Shown one piece after another: positions 50,829 through 63,300 of a stretch of 64,000 nucleotides of DNA. Position 1 is the first letter of the stretch. The number at the start of each line of letters is the position of its first letter. Location: contig NC_091289.1 in assembly GCF_032444005.1 (NCBI RefSeq), forward strand, positions 63,116,001-63,180,000, read 5' to 3'. The position numbers and the translations under genes were made by a program. Source of the stretch: Ranitomeya imitator (Eukaryota). The notes under the pieces are model-generated. The model was not told the origin of the DNA. It saw only the letters and a list, made by a program, of their open reading frames with translations, and ran no database searches.

Positions 50829-51164
50829 GTAATTTATTGTAATGGTTTTTTCACCTGAGATATATAAGGATCTGTCTTTTAAATTAATCAGTTTTACTTC
50901 CATGTTTTTGTAGGTAATACAATGTCACATTGGTGTGTAAAACACGTGCAATAGTAAGCTCTACGTTTACCTGTTGTGTGTATAGAAAACCCATTGAAGT
51001 CTATGAAAAGTTCATAAGGTGTGAATTCAGAATTCTGGGCCTGTAATACTGATTCCGTTCTGATGCCTTTTTATAACCCATCATATTGCTGTGTTGTACA
51101 CCTGCATATAATAAACATTACAAATAGGAGGGGTGAAAAAGGCGCTAATAATCTGAAAATGATA

Positions 51165-51420
51165 ATAATTTTATATCTATAGCCCCAACATATTCCGCAG
51201 CACTTTCCATTACAGAGGGAACATGTACACTTAATAAAGACATTACAGAATAACACATAATGCAACAGGTACAAGAGGAGTGAGGATCCTGCATGCAATC
51301 TTACGGCCGGAGGCAATAGGGGAGACACGAAAGGTGGATGGTAACAATTGCTGGTATTGTACGGTCCATCCATCAATATAATGATCTAACTGTTGAACCC
51401 GTTCTACAACCGGGTGGGAG
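51165..51420 (-). mobile_element. L2 LINE 3' fragment
   Basis: Reverse complement of the L2 3' stem-loop and tail (ccaacatattccgcagcactt). Confidence 0.7.
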
Positions 51421-51524
51421 CAATTTTATTGGTACATTTTTAATTGTCTTAAAATATTAGCTGAAAACAACATTTTTTTTTTGTACTGCAAAAAACTTCT
51501 CTGTAAACTCTGTAGCCTTTCTTT

Positions 51525-51640
51525 AACCCCTTTCTGACCTCGGACAGGATAGTACGTCCGAGGTCAGAAGCTCCTCTTTGATGCGGGCTCCGGCGGTGAG
51601 CCCGCATCAAAGCTGGGACATGTCAGCTGTTTTCAACAGT
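51525..51640. mobile_element. piggyBac-like terminal fragment
   Basis: TTAA|CCCCTTT start and shared atgtcagctgt motif with ~57550. Confidence 0.5.
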
Positions 51641-52717
51641 TTTGCTCAGTCGTCCAAGGTGTTTTCAGATGGAAGTAAATTTTACATTTCATTTGGAAAC
51701 CAAGGTCCGAGAATCTCGAGGAAGAGTGAAGAGGCCACAATCCAAGCTGCTTGAGGTCTAGTGTGAAGTTTCCACAATCAGTGATGGTTTGGGAGCCATG
51801 TTATCTGCTGGTGTAGGTCCACTGTGTTTTATAAAGACCAAAGTCAGCGCAGCCGTCTACCAGGAAATTTTACAGCACTTCATGCTTCCCTCTGCTGATA
51901 AGCTTTTTGGAGATGAAAATTTCATTCTCCAGCAGGACTTGGCACCTGTCCACACTGCCAAAAGTACCAATACCTGGTTTACAAACAAAAGTATCACTGT
52001 GCTTGATTGGCCAAGAAACTCGCCTGACCTTAACCCCATAGAGAATCTATGGAGTATTGTCAAGAGGAAGATGAGAGACACCAGACCCAACAATGCAAAT
52101 GAGCTGAAGGCTGCTATCAAAGCAACCTGGGCTTCCATAACATCTTAGCAGTGCCACAGGCTAATCGCATCCATGACACGCTGCATTGATGCAGTAATTG
52201 ATGCAAAAGGAGCCCCGACCAAGTATTGAGTGCATTTACTGATCATACATAATAATTAATAATTTTAATAATAATTGTATTTATATAGCGCCAACATATT
52301 CCGCAGCACTTTACATTTTAAAGGGACTTGTACAGACAATAGACATTACAGCATAACAATAAACACAGATCAAAACAGATACCAAGAGGAATGAGGGCCC
52401 TGCTCGCAATCTTACAAACTATGAGGTAAAAGGGGAGACACGAGAGGTGGATGGTAACAATTACATTTCAGTAGGCCAACATTTTGGATTTTAAAATCAT
52501 TTTTCAAGCTGGTGTTATAAAGTATTCTAATTTACTGAGATAATGATTTTTGGGTTTTCATTGGCTGTAAGCCATAATCATCAACATTAACAGAAATAAA
52601 CAATTAAAATAGATCATTCTGTGTGTAATGACTCTATGTAATATGAGTTTCACTTTTTGTATTGAAGAACTGAAATTACTTAACTTTTTGATATTCTAAT
52701 TTAGTGAGAAGCACTTG
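51640..52717 (+). mobile_element. Tc1-like 3' half (DDE region and right end), interrupted by an L2 tip
   Basis: AGVGPLCFI, QQDLAPVH, WPRNSPDLNPIENLW; right end gaagcacttg|TA. Confidence 0.88.
52245..52463 (-). mobile_element. L2 LINE 3' fragment inside the Tc1
   Basis: atatagcgccaacatattccgcagcact preceded by an AAT-rich tail. Confidence 0.75.
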
Positions 52718-52789
52718 TAGAGTCTTTTCTACCTGAGGGAAACATTTGTCTTCCATCAGATTTTTATTGTGACTTTGAAACAATGCTGC

Positions 52790-54300
52790 TGCCTTAGACG
52801 ATGATGTACTGTGCAGACGTCACACATTGTGCAAATATGCAATCACGCCCATTGTAAACGTATTTGAGCAAATATTTTACACTTTGTATGGAAATGCAAA
52901 TCTCTTCATTTACGTGGGCATTGTATTTTAAAGAAAGGTAATGGTTGTAAGGTACATGGCATGGCATCTTGGTAGTCATCTTCTTCAGCTCTTACGGTGC
53001 TTTGATTTTTGTGCACCCAATTCGAATGGTTTTCCTCAGCTTTACAACAGGCATCAACCATAAATTGGTGTGTCGGCTTTCCTGCATAAAGGAACTGGTT
53101 AGACGTGCCATCACGAATGGTAAAGTGGTATGACTACCATAGAAGTTGTCACATTTCCTTCAACTTTTATTTCTTTAAATCTCTAGTCAAGCCAGAGTCC
53201 CCATAAGGGAAAAGCAAAGGGTAGCACATGGGGTCACAGCATCTACTCAGGATAGATATATTTTGTAAAATCCCGCTTTTCGGATGAATTGTGATGTCAC
53301 AGTTTCCTGGGGGTGCACTATCTGCTCTGTGGAAAACGGCAGCAATGTCGCCTCTGGCAGTTGGACTGTTGATTCTGCCGGGTCGCACAGTATTTACTAT
53401 TTCTTTCACGAAAGCCATGCTATATTCAATTGGCGTTCAGTTTTCCAGATTTGCCTTTAGCATTTGTCATTGTTCAGATTTCAGCATATTTTTGTATTTT
53501 CTGGAGATTGATATCGTGGAGAATTCTTTGGAGATTTTCCATTACATTATGAATGCATCCATTGTTGGCTGGGTTGTGCATTCTTTTATGTAAGGCTTGA
53601 GTCAAATCCAGACTCTATAACTGGGCGTATGTTGGTGATTCACTTTGCTAGAGTGCAATGCAGATGTTGCATAGTAAACTCGCCCATGGATTCTGTAACA
53701 TAAAGGACCTGTGAATTGATTGGTCAGCTTGTGCGCCCATTGATGTAAAGGCGTTTGCACCATTGTATGATCTTATGTTTTCCATACCAATCTTAGAATT
53801 TGGCTCCGATCCCTTCATGCAATCAGTAATCCAGGGATGCATTCATGCTTCTTCCAATATGATGGCTCCATTATAGTACATACAGTTTGTTATCCTCTCA
53901 TTTTTTAAATGGTTGTCATTGCAAAATGATCATTTTTTGTTCGTTGGGCCAAGATATCATGCTTCCATGTCCTCTCCATTGACGTTTTTGGCAAGCAAAG
54001 CAGTGTTCCAAGATCTCAAGTTCTTACCCCAGCGGGCAGGTTGGTTAGTACGGGCTACTGCTGAAGCTTACCTTCCTTCATACTCTGATTTGCAGACCTA
54101 TGCCTTTCAGCGTCAGCTTTGCACATCAGTTGTCGCTCTTTTTGGATGAGATTCTGATGGGCAGCCCTTTTTCAGACATCATTGGCTTCACTCTGCAATT
54201 GTAGGTGCTGTTCTGTAACCTTACTTCTATGAACCCTTTGAGCTTCAGCTCTTCTTGATTTTTTTTTTTTGTTGCCCAAACTTCCTTCTCAGGATACTTG
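52790..54300 (-). pseudogene. Helitron Rep-helicase N-terminal/Rep-domain remnant
   Basis: ENIRSYN..AFTSMGA, DPMCYPLLFPYGD, VPYN..LSLKYNAHVN and SVKYLLKYVYNG motifs, broken by frameshifts. Confidence 0.82.
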
Positions 54301-54368
54301 CTGGTGTTTGAATGTTATTAGTATAGAATGAATAAGGTTGTAACATTTTATTGTCACTTTTTCAATTA

Positions 54369-56308
54369 CTGTATATACTCGATTATAAGCCGACCCGAAT
54401 ATACCGTAGGCCGAGGCACCTAACTTTACCACAAAAAACTGGGAAAACTTATTGACTCGAGTATAAGCCTGGTATGCATTGTCCCCTCATCCCTATACTG
54501 GTATGCATGGTCCCCCTCATCCCTATCCTGGTATGCATGGTCCCCCTCATCACCATCCTGGTATGCATGGACCGCTCATGCCTATCCTGGTATGTATGGT
54601 CCCCCTCATCCCTATCCTGGTATACATGGCCCCATCATCCCTACTCTGGTAAGCATGGCCTCCTCATCCCCATCCTGGTAAGCATGGCCTCCTCATCCCC
54701 ATCCTGGTAAGCATGGCCTCCTCATCCCCATCCTGGTAAGCATGGCCTCCTCATCCCCATCCTGGTAAGCATGGCCTCCTCATCCCCATCCTGGTAAGCA
54801 TGGCCTCCTCATCCCCATCCTGGTAAGCATGGCCTCCTCATCCCTATCCTGGTATGCATGGCCTCCTCATCCCTATCCTGGTATGCATGGCCTCTTCATC
54901 CGTTTCCTGGTATGCATGGCCCCTTCATCCGTTTCCTGGTATGCATGGCCCCTTCATCCGTTTCCTGGTATGCATGACCCCTTCATCCGTTTCCTGGTAT
55001 GCATGGCCTCTTCATCCGTTTCCTGGTATGCATGACCCCTTCATCTGTTTCCTGGTATGCATGGCCCCTTCATCCGTTTCCTAGTATGCATGGCCCCTTC
55101 ATCCGTTTCCTAGTATGCATGGCCCCTTCATCCGTTTCCTGGTATGCATGGCCCCTTCATCCGTTTCCTGGTATGCATGGCCCCTTCATCCGTTTCCTGG
55201 TATGCATGGCCTCTTCATCTGTTTCCTGGTATGTACGGCCCCTTCATCCGTTTCCTGGTATGCATGGCCTCTTCATCCGTTTCCTGATATGCATGACCCC
55301 TTCATCCGTTTCCTGATATGCATGGCCTCTTCATCCGTTTCCTGATATGCATGACCCCTTCATCCGTTTCCTGGTATGCATGGCCTTTTCATCCGTTTCC
55401 TGGTATGCATGGCCTCTTCATCCGTTTCCTGGTATGCATGGCCCCTTCATCCATTTCCTGGTATGCATGGCCCCTTCATCCGTTTCCTGGTATGCATGGC
55501 CTCTTCATCCGTTTCCTGGTATGCATGGCCCCTTCATCCGTTTCCTGGTATGCATGGCCTTTTCATCCGTTTCCTGGTATGCATGGCCTCTTCATCCGTT
55601 TCCTGATATGCATGACCCCTTCATCCGTTTCCTGGTATGTATGGCATTTTCATCCGTTTCCTGGTATGCATGGCCCCTTCATCCGTTTCCTGGTATGCAT
55701 GGCCCCTTCATCCGTTTCCTGGTATGCATGGCCTTTTCATCCGTTTCCTGGTATGCATGGCCTCTTCATCCGTTTCCTGATATGCATGACCCCTTCATCC
55801 GTTTCCTGGTATGTATGGCATTTTCATCCGTTTCCTGGTATGCATGGCCTCTTCATCCGTTTCCTGGTATGCATGGCTCCTTCATCCGTTTCCTGGTATG
55901 CATGGCTCCTTCATCCGTTTCCTGGTATGCATGGCCTCTTCATCTGTTTCCTGGTATGCATGGCTCCTTCATCCGTTTCCTGGTATGCATGGCCTCTTCA
56001 TCCGTTTCCTGGTATGCATGGCTCCTTCATCCGTTTCCTGGTATGCACGGCCCCTTCATCCGTTTCCTGGTATGCACGGCCCCTTCATCCGTTTCCTGGT
56101 ATGCATGGCCCCAGCGCAGTGAATATTAATTTCTCTTTAGCAGTGGCACAGGCTTTAGCTGCAGCAGCTTGCTCCTGCCTCCTGTGGCCTGCTGCTCTGC
56201 CGCTCCCCCTCCATCTTGTGGGGCCCTCACTCGAGTATAAGCCATGGGGTGCTTTTTCGGCATAAAGAAATGTACTGAAAAACTCTGCTTATACTCGAGT
56301 ATGTGCGG
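54369..56308. mobile_element. pogo/Tigger-type non-autonomous element carrying an expanded satellite
   Basis: TA|ctgtatatactcga.tataagc...gcttatactcgagtatgtgcgg|TA ends. Confidence 0.75.
54470..56111. repeat. 29-bp satellite (tcatccgtttcctggtatgcatggcccct), ~55 copies
   Basis: Read directly; it explains the low-complexity ORFs at 54474-56265. Confidence 0.97.
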
Positions 56309-56507
56309 TATAACTGTGTGGTATTTCTTTACGTTGGGATGTTGGTCCGGGAGTTTGTGAGTGGGGTCTTATGTATGTCTTCCTCCCTTGGCTGCTTTCC
56401 TACCTTTTAATAATTTATTTTATTTTTTTGCACTGGGCCCAGACTTTTTATTGGGTGTTGTCTATTTATTCCTCGCCGGCTTTTTCCTTCCCTTTATCCT
56501 TTAACTT

Positions 56508-57652
56508 TAACCCCTTAACGAGATTTGACATTTTAATTTTTTGCTCCCCTTCTTCCCAGAGCCATAACTTTTTTTTATTTTTCCGTCAATTTGGCCATGT
56601 GATGGCTTGTTTTTTGCAGGATGAGTTGTAACGACATCATTGGTTTTACCATATTGTTTTACTGGAAAACAGGAAAAAAACATCAAGTGCTATGAAATTG
56701 CAAAAAAAAAAAGTGCAACCCCACAGTTTTTTTTTTTTTTTTTACCATGTTCACTAAATGCTCAAACTAACCAGTTTTTTATTTAAGTGGCGGAAAAAAA
56801 TTCCAAAGTTTGTTTACAGAAAGAAAAAAAATTGCACCATTTTCCGATGCCCGTAGCGTTTCGTGATCTCGGGTTGGCTGAGGACTGATGTTTTTAATGA
56901 TACCATTTTGGTGCAGATATGTTCTTTTGATCACCTGTTATTGCATTTTAATGCAATGTTGCGGCGACAAACCCCCCCCCCCCCCCTCCTCGTAATTCTG
57001 GTGTTTTGACTTTTTTTTTATCGTTGAGCCGTTTAGCGATCAGGTTAATCCTTTTTTTAGATTGATAGATCGGGCGATTCTGAACGTGGCGATACCAAAT
57101 ATCTGTATGTTGGATTTTTTTTATTGTTTTATTTTGAAAGGGGCGAAAGATGGGAGATTTGATCTTATATATCTTGTTTATTTTTTAAAAAATTTTTAAA
57201 AAATTTTTTTTATATACTTTTTGCATGATTCAATAGTGTCCATGGGAGACTAGAAGCTGCAGTGCTTTGATCAGCTCTTCTACATACAGGCTATGATCAG
57301 ATCACCTGTATGTAGCAGAAATGCTCAATTGCTATGACCGCCGACCACCGGGTGGCTCTCATATCAATCTGGCTATGACAAAGATGGAGGTCTGCTGGAG
57401 ACCTCTGGTTGTCATGCCAACTAATCGGTGACCCATGATCACGTGATGGGGTCACCGATGGAAGGGATTTCCGGCATGATTCCCGTAAGTGCGAGTTAAA
57501 TGGGTTAACAGCTGCTGGTGGATCGTAATTCCACTGCGGCTGTTAGAGGCACATGTCAGCTGTTCAAAACAGCTGACATATGCCAGGAAAGCTGTGGGTT
57601 TAGCACCGGAGTCCGACATCAGCGCACTTTTACGCCCAATGTCGGAAAGGGG
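56508..57652. mobile_element. piggyBac-like non-autonomous fragment
   Basis: ttaacccctt start and gaaaggggtt end; internal similarity to ~19830-20600. Confidence 0.55.
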
Positions 57653-57984
57653 TTCATTATTTTTATTACTGTTGAAATAATCTCCCTTTTTCCAGAATGA
57701 GCAGCGTTTGCATAGTGCCCTACTCACTGTGTATTAGAACTAAAGCGGTGCCGGAGTGTTGGCGTGTGTAGTAGTATGAAGCCGTTCTACACCCAGGTGG
57801 CAAGCATTTTTGTTGGTACATTTTGTGCTATATTAATTTAATAGTACAATACTTCAATAAAATGGTGCTGTGGTAATTTTGTAGTGCAATACTTCAATAA
57901 AATGGCGCTGTGGTAATTTTGTAGTACGATACTTCAATAAAATGGCTCCGGAATCAGCACGTGCACATACCACGCTATCCGGTG

Positions 57985-58282
57985 TCATTTTTGTAAAGAC
58001 ACTGTGTCTGCGAATTCGCATATACAGTATATTTAATAAAATGGTGCCAGAGATCGCAATATGCGCACGTGCTGTCTCCAGACCCATTTTATAGAAGTAA
58101 TGTACTATGTCAACATAGTGCGCATGCGTCATCCATGGGGATAATGACGATGGCCAGCGCGTGTTCACTGCTATGTTGACGTTGTAGTACAATTCTTCGA
58201 TATCTTTGTGATATCCAATGCCATTTTATTAAAGACACTGTGTCTGCGAATTCGCATACACAGTGTTTTCAATAAAATGGCA
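57985..58282. repeat. Two copies of a ~60-bp loopless palindrome centred on GAATTC
   Basis: 58221-58280 arms match at 27/30; a more diverged copy lies at 57985-58044. Confidence 0.85.
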
Positions 58283-58554
58283 CTATAGTACGCTATGTGC
58301 ACCCGCTGTCTCTGGCTGCACCTACGCCGCCCATCCCGGCTTCGGATAGAAGGATGTGTCCAGCGTTATATACCGTATAAGATAGGGTATTCACATAACG
58401 CTTCATGAACCGGTTATCATTCAGTATATGTACAAGTACAGACACAAACAGCTATTAAATACATGGAAACAGATGCTACGAGAGACCAGATTTGGAAGAA
58501 TATTTTGGAAGGGCAAAATGGGAATAGTTGTATAAGTGAACTGAGGCGACAGGC

Positions 58555-59060
58555 CAGTCTAAAGAAATGCATTTTTTAGGCCATGCTTAAAACTGTGGGT
58601 ATTATTGAATTGAATATATTGAATTGTCCAGGGTAGTGCATTCCAGACATCTGGCGCAGCACTTGAGAAGTCTTGGAGAGTGGAGTGGGAGATTTGGATT
58701 ATTGAGTATCTTAGTCTTAGGTCAGTCGCGGAATGGAGGGCATGGGTAAGGTGGTAGATACAGATGAGGGAGTAGGTGTAGGGTGGTGCTGCACTTTGGA
58801 GTGCTTTGTGGGTGAGAGTGATGAATTCATATTGGACCTTGCAGTGGATGGGTAACCAGCGCAATGTCTGCACAGGGTAGTGACGTCGGTTTAGTGGTTC
58901 AAAGAAATATGATTCTGGCTGCTGCATTCGGGATGGATTAGAGAGGGGAGAATTTAGTAAGAGGGAGACCGATTAGTAGAGAGTTACAAATTCCAGACGA
59001 AGGATAATAAGAGCAACAGTCAATTTTTGCAGTCGGAGGTAAGAAAAGGTCGAATTCTAC
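58555..59060 (-). mobile_element. Old L2 ORF2 C-terminal fragment
   Basis: LRWLPI, LTHKAL, QDFSSAAPDVWNALP and FKHGLK motifs. Confidence 0.8.
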
Positions 59061-59164
59061 AGTAAAGATGTTTATAGAAACATAAACACCAGAACATTTG
59101 GTGGACTGTGCCAATTATAAATGGATAGCAATGTTACCCCTTATTCTTATTTCTGTGGACTTTC

Positions 59165-59330
59165 ATAGTTACATAGGTTGGAAAAAGACAGGGACACAAA
59201 GTTCAGCCTTCGTCCATCAGTTATACTTTCTCATTTCACTAGATGATTTATAACTCACAATGCCATTTGTTGTGAGAAAATCATCCAGCCCCTTTTATAA
59301 AAGCTGTTATAGTGTCGGCCATTACTACCT
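59165..59330 (-). mobile_element. CR1 3' fragment (older family)
   Basis: catagttacataggttggaaaaagac resembles the CR1 3' end at 6884. Confidence 0.6.
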
Positions 59331-59403
59331 GTGCAGTCTTACATTTCACAGTCTGACAGCGGCATAACGCGGTGTAACCCAGTCCGTTAACTGTGCCATT
59401 AAC

Positions 59404-60339
59404 TGTTGTGAATTCTGTTATCGAACTCCCTCCTGTGGTCATGAATGGTACTTCGGCGAGTTCTGTCCATGGATTCCCTCTGGTGGCTGTGAGTGGAGCT
59501 GCTGCTTCTGAGGTTCCTTCCACAGGTGACGTAGTTTATTCTTTGGCTGGCTGCTCTATTTAACTCCACTCAGATCGTTACTCCATGCCAGCTGTCAATG
59601 TTCTTGTACTGGTTCAGTTCGCTCTTGGATCTGTCGGGTGTCCTGTCTACTCCAGCAGAAGCTAAGTCCCTGCTAGTTTATTATTTGTTCTTTGTTTTCT
59701 TGTCCAGCTTTGCTATCATGATTTTGCTTTGCTAGCTGGAAGCTCTGGGATGCAGAGTGGCACCTCCGCACCGTGAGTCGGTGCGGAGGTCTTTTTGCAC
59801 ACTCTGCGTGGTCTTTTTGTAGTTTTTTGTGCTGACCGCAAAGTTACCTTTCCTATCCTCTGTCTGTTTAGTAAGTCTGGCCTCCCTTTGCTGAAACCTG
59901 TTTCATTTCTGTGTTTGTGACTTTCATCTTAACTCACAGTCAATATATGTGGGGGGCTGCCTTTTTCTTTGGGGAATTTCTCTGAGGCAAGGTAGGCTTT
60001 ATTTTCTATCTCTAGGGCTAGTTAGCTCTTAGGCTGTGAAGAGGCGTCTAGGGAGTGTCAGGAACGCTCCACGGCTATTTCTAGTGTGTGTGACAGGATT
60101 AGGGGTTGCGGTCAGCAGAGCTCCCACTTCCCAGAGCTTGTCCTTTGTTGGTTTAACCATCAGGTCTTTTCGGGTGCTCCTAACCACCAGGTCATAACAG
60201 TACAGCTGGCCCAAAGTATTAATGCATCTCAATAGAGGGATAAGAGAAGTTCTGAGACCATTTTTTTTTCTCTGCAGTGTTTTGTCTTTCTTTTCCCCTT
60301 AACCTCTGGGTGGTTCAGGACACAGGTGTAGATATGGAC
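59404..60339 (+). mobile_element. 5' LTR (59404-60199), PBS/leader and probable gag start, truncated at the L2 tail
   Basis: TG...CA LTR homologous to 21689-22491, followed by non-flank sequence with a self-complementary PBS and ATGGACATT at 60334. Confidence 0.82.
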
Positions 60340-63300
60340 ATTATTATTATTATTATTATTATTTATTATTATAGCGCCATTTATTCCATGGCGCTTTACA
60401 TGTGAGGAGGGGTATACATAATAAAACAAGTACAATAATCTTGAAAAATACAAGTCACAACTGGTACAGGAGGAGAGAGGACCCTGCCCGCGAGGGCTCA
60501 CAATCTACAAGGGATGGGTGAGGATACAGTAGGTGAGGGTAGAGCTGGCCGTGCAGCGGTTTGGTCAATCGGTGGTTACTGCAGGTTGTAGGCTTGTCGG
60601 AAGAGGTGAGTCTTCAGGTTCTTTTTGAAGGTTTCGATGGTAGGCGAGAGTCTGATATGTTGTGGTAGAGCATTCCAGAGTAGGGGGGATGCACGAGAGA
60701 AATCTTGTATGCGATTGTGGGAAGAGGAGATAATAGGGGAGTAGAGAAGGAGATCTTGTGAGGATCGGAGGTTGCGTGCAGGAAAGTACCGGGAGACGAG
60801 GTCACAGATGTATGGAGGAGACAGGTTGTGGATGGCTTTATATGTCATGGTTAGGCTTTTGTACTGGAGTCTCTGGGTGATGGGGAGCCAGTGCAGGGAT
60901 TGACAGAGGGGAGAGGCCGGGGAATAGCGGGGGGACAGGTGGATTAGTCGGGCAGCAGAGTTTAGAATAGATTGGAGGGGTGCAAGAGTGTTAGAGGGGA
61001 GGCCACAGAGCAGGAGGTTACAGTAGTCAAGGCGAGAGATGATGAGGGCATGGACTAGGGTTTTTGCAGATTCTTGGTTTAGGAATGTGCGGATCCGTGA
61101 AATATTTTTGAGTTGGAGGCGGCAGGAAGTGGAAAGGGTTTGGATATGTGGTTTAAAGGAGAGATCAGTGTCAAGGATTACCCCAAGACAGCGGGCTTGT
61201 GGGACTGGGGAGAGTGGGCAGCCGTTTACTGTAATGGATAGGTTCGTTGGGGAGATCGCGTGAGATGGGGGAAAGATGATGAATTCTGTTTTGTCCATGT
61301 TAAGTTTTAGAAATCTAGTGGAGAAGAAGGATGAAATAGCAGACAGACATTGAGGGATTCTGGTTAGTAGGGAGGTGATATCTGGTCCAGAGATGTAGAT
61401 CTGTGTGTCGTCAGCATAGAGATGATACTGAAAGCCGTGAGATTCTATGAGCTGTCCCAGGCCAAAGGTGTAGATGGAGAAGAGCAGGGGTCGTAGAACT
61501 GAACCTTGCGGGACTCCGACAGATAGGGGGCGAGGTGAGGAGGTGGTGTGTGAGTGGGAGACGCTGAATGTACGGTCAGTTAGGTATGATGAGATCCAGG
61601 ATAGGGCCAATTCTGTGATGCCAAGGGATGAGAGGGTCTGCAGCAGCAGGGAATGGTCCACTGTGTCAAAGGCAGAGGACAGGTCCAGGAGGAGGAGGAC
61701 AGAGTAGTGTCGCTTGCTCTTGGCGGTTAATAGGTCATTGGTGACCTTAGTTAGGGCAGTTTCAGTGGAGTGGTGTGACCGGAAGCCTGATTGAAAGCGG
61801 TCGAAGAAGGAGCAGGAAGATAGATGGGAGGACAGTTCAATATGGACATGTTGTTCCAGTAGTTTTGAGGCAAAGGGGAGAAGTGATATAGGGCGATAGC
61901 TAGATACAGAGGATTCAAGAGAGGGCTTTTTGAGGATAGGTGTGATTGTGGCATGTTTAAAGCTTGAGGGGAAAATGCCAGTTGTTAGTGATAGGTTAAA
62001 GAGATGGGTTAGGGTTGGGATGAAGACTGTGGTGAGGTTTGGGATGAAGTGGGATGGGAGTGGGTCAAGTGCACAGGTGGTGAGATGCGATCTTGAGAGT
62101 AGAGTGGAGAGTCCGTCTTCTGTAATGGTGGAGAAGTTGGTTTTGGAGGTGGAGGGCTGGGTAGTTGGGAGGAAGGGTTCTGGGGGTTGTTTACTAAAAT
62201 TGTCTCTGATGTTCTCAATTTTCTGCTTGAAAAATGAGGCGAAGTCTTCAGCTGAGATGAGTGGGGAGGGAGGAGGTGCTGGGGGACGGAGGAGAGAGTT
62301 GAAGGTGTTGAATAACTGTTTGGGGTTGTGAGACAGGGAGGATATGAGAGATGAGAAGTAGGTTTGTTTTGCTGTGGCGAGCATGGTTTTGAAAGCAGTG
62401 AGGGACTGTTTGAATGCGATGAAATGCTCGATGGAGTGGGATCTTTTCCATCTGCGCTCAGCAGCTCTGGAAGCTCGCCTCAGTTCTTTTGTCATGCTGG
62501 TGTGCCAGGGTTGTCTGTTGATTTTGCGAGCTTTGGTATGTGTGAGAGGGGCAAGAGATTCCAAAGCTGCAGCTATTGTGGTGTTATATAGAGCGGCAGC
62601 ATCATCCGCATTGTGTAGGGAGCTTATGTCTGTGAGAGGGAGGAGGGATTCAGAGAGTGAGTGAAGATCAAGGTGTTTAAGATTTCTGCGAGGGTGTGAG
62701 AGTTTGTGGGGTGGGGGTTGTAGACAAGGAGTGGAAAGGGAAGAGAATGTAAGTAGGTTGTGGTCAGAAAGAGGAAGAGGTGAGTTTGAGAGGTTAGATA
62801 GGGAGCAGAGGCGGGTGAGAATGAGGTCCAGTGTGTGACCATCTTTGTGGGTGGCTGTAGAAGACCATTGAGTGAGGCCAAAGGAGGAAGTGAGAGATAG
62901 AAGTTTAGTGGCAGCTGAGAGGGAAGTGTCAATGGGGATGTTGAAGTCGCCCATGATGATAGTGGGGATGTCGGCGGCGAGGAAGTGGAGTAGCCAGGTG
63001 GTGAAGTGGTCGAAGAAGGTGGTGGCTGGCCCTGGGGGACGGTAGATGACAGCCAGTTGGAGGTTGGAGGGGGAGTAGATGCGCACAGAGTGCACCTCAA
63101 AGGAAGGGAGGATAACAGAGGGTGGCAGTGGGATTGGGGTGAAGGAGCAGTTATCTGACAGGAGAAAACCAACTCCTCCGCCATGCTTGCTGCTGGGGCG
63201 GGGTGTGTGAGAAAGGTGGAAGCCACCGTAAGAGAGTGCCGCAGGGGAGGCTGTGTCAGAAGGGGTGAGCCAGGTTTCAGTGATGCCGAGGAAGGAGAGT

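Noticed and set aside
54474-56265. ORFs up to 315 aa and a superficially CRISPR-like array
   Set aside because: A contiguous 29-bp satellite with no unique spacers, in a vertebrate context with no cas genes. The same reasoning applies to the other minisatellites.
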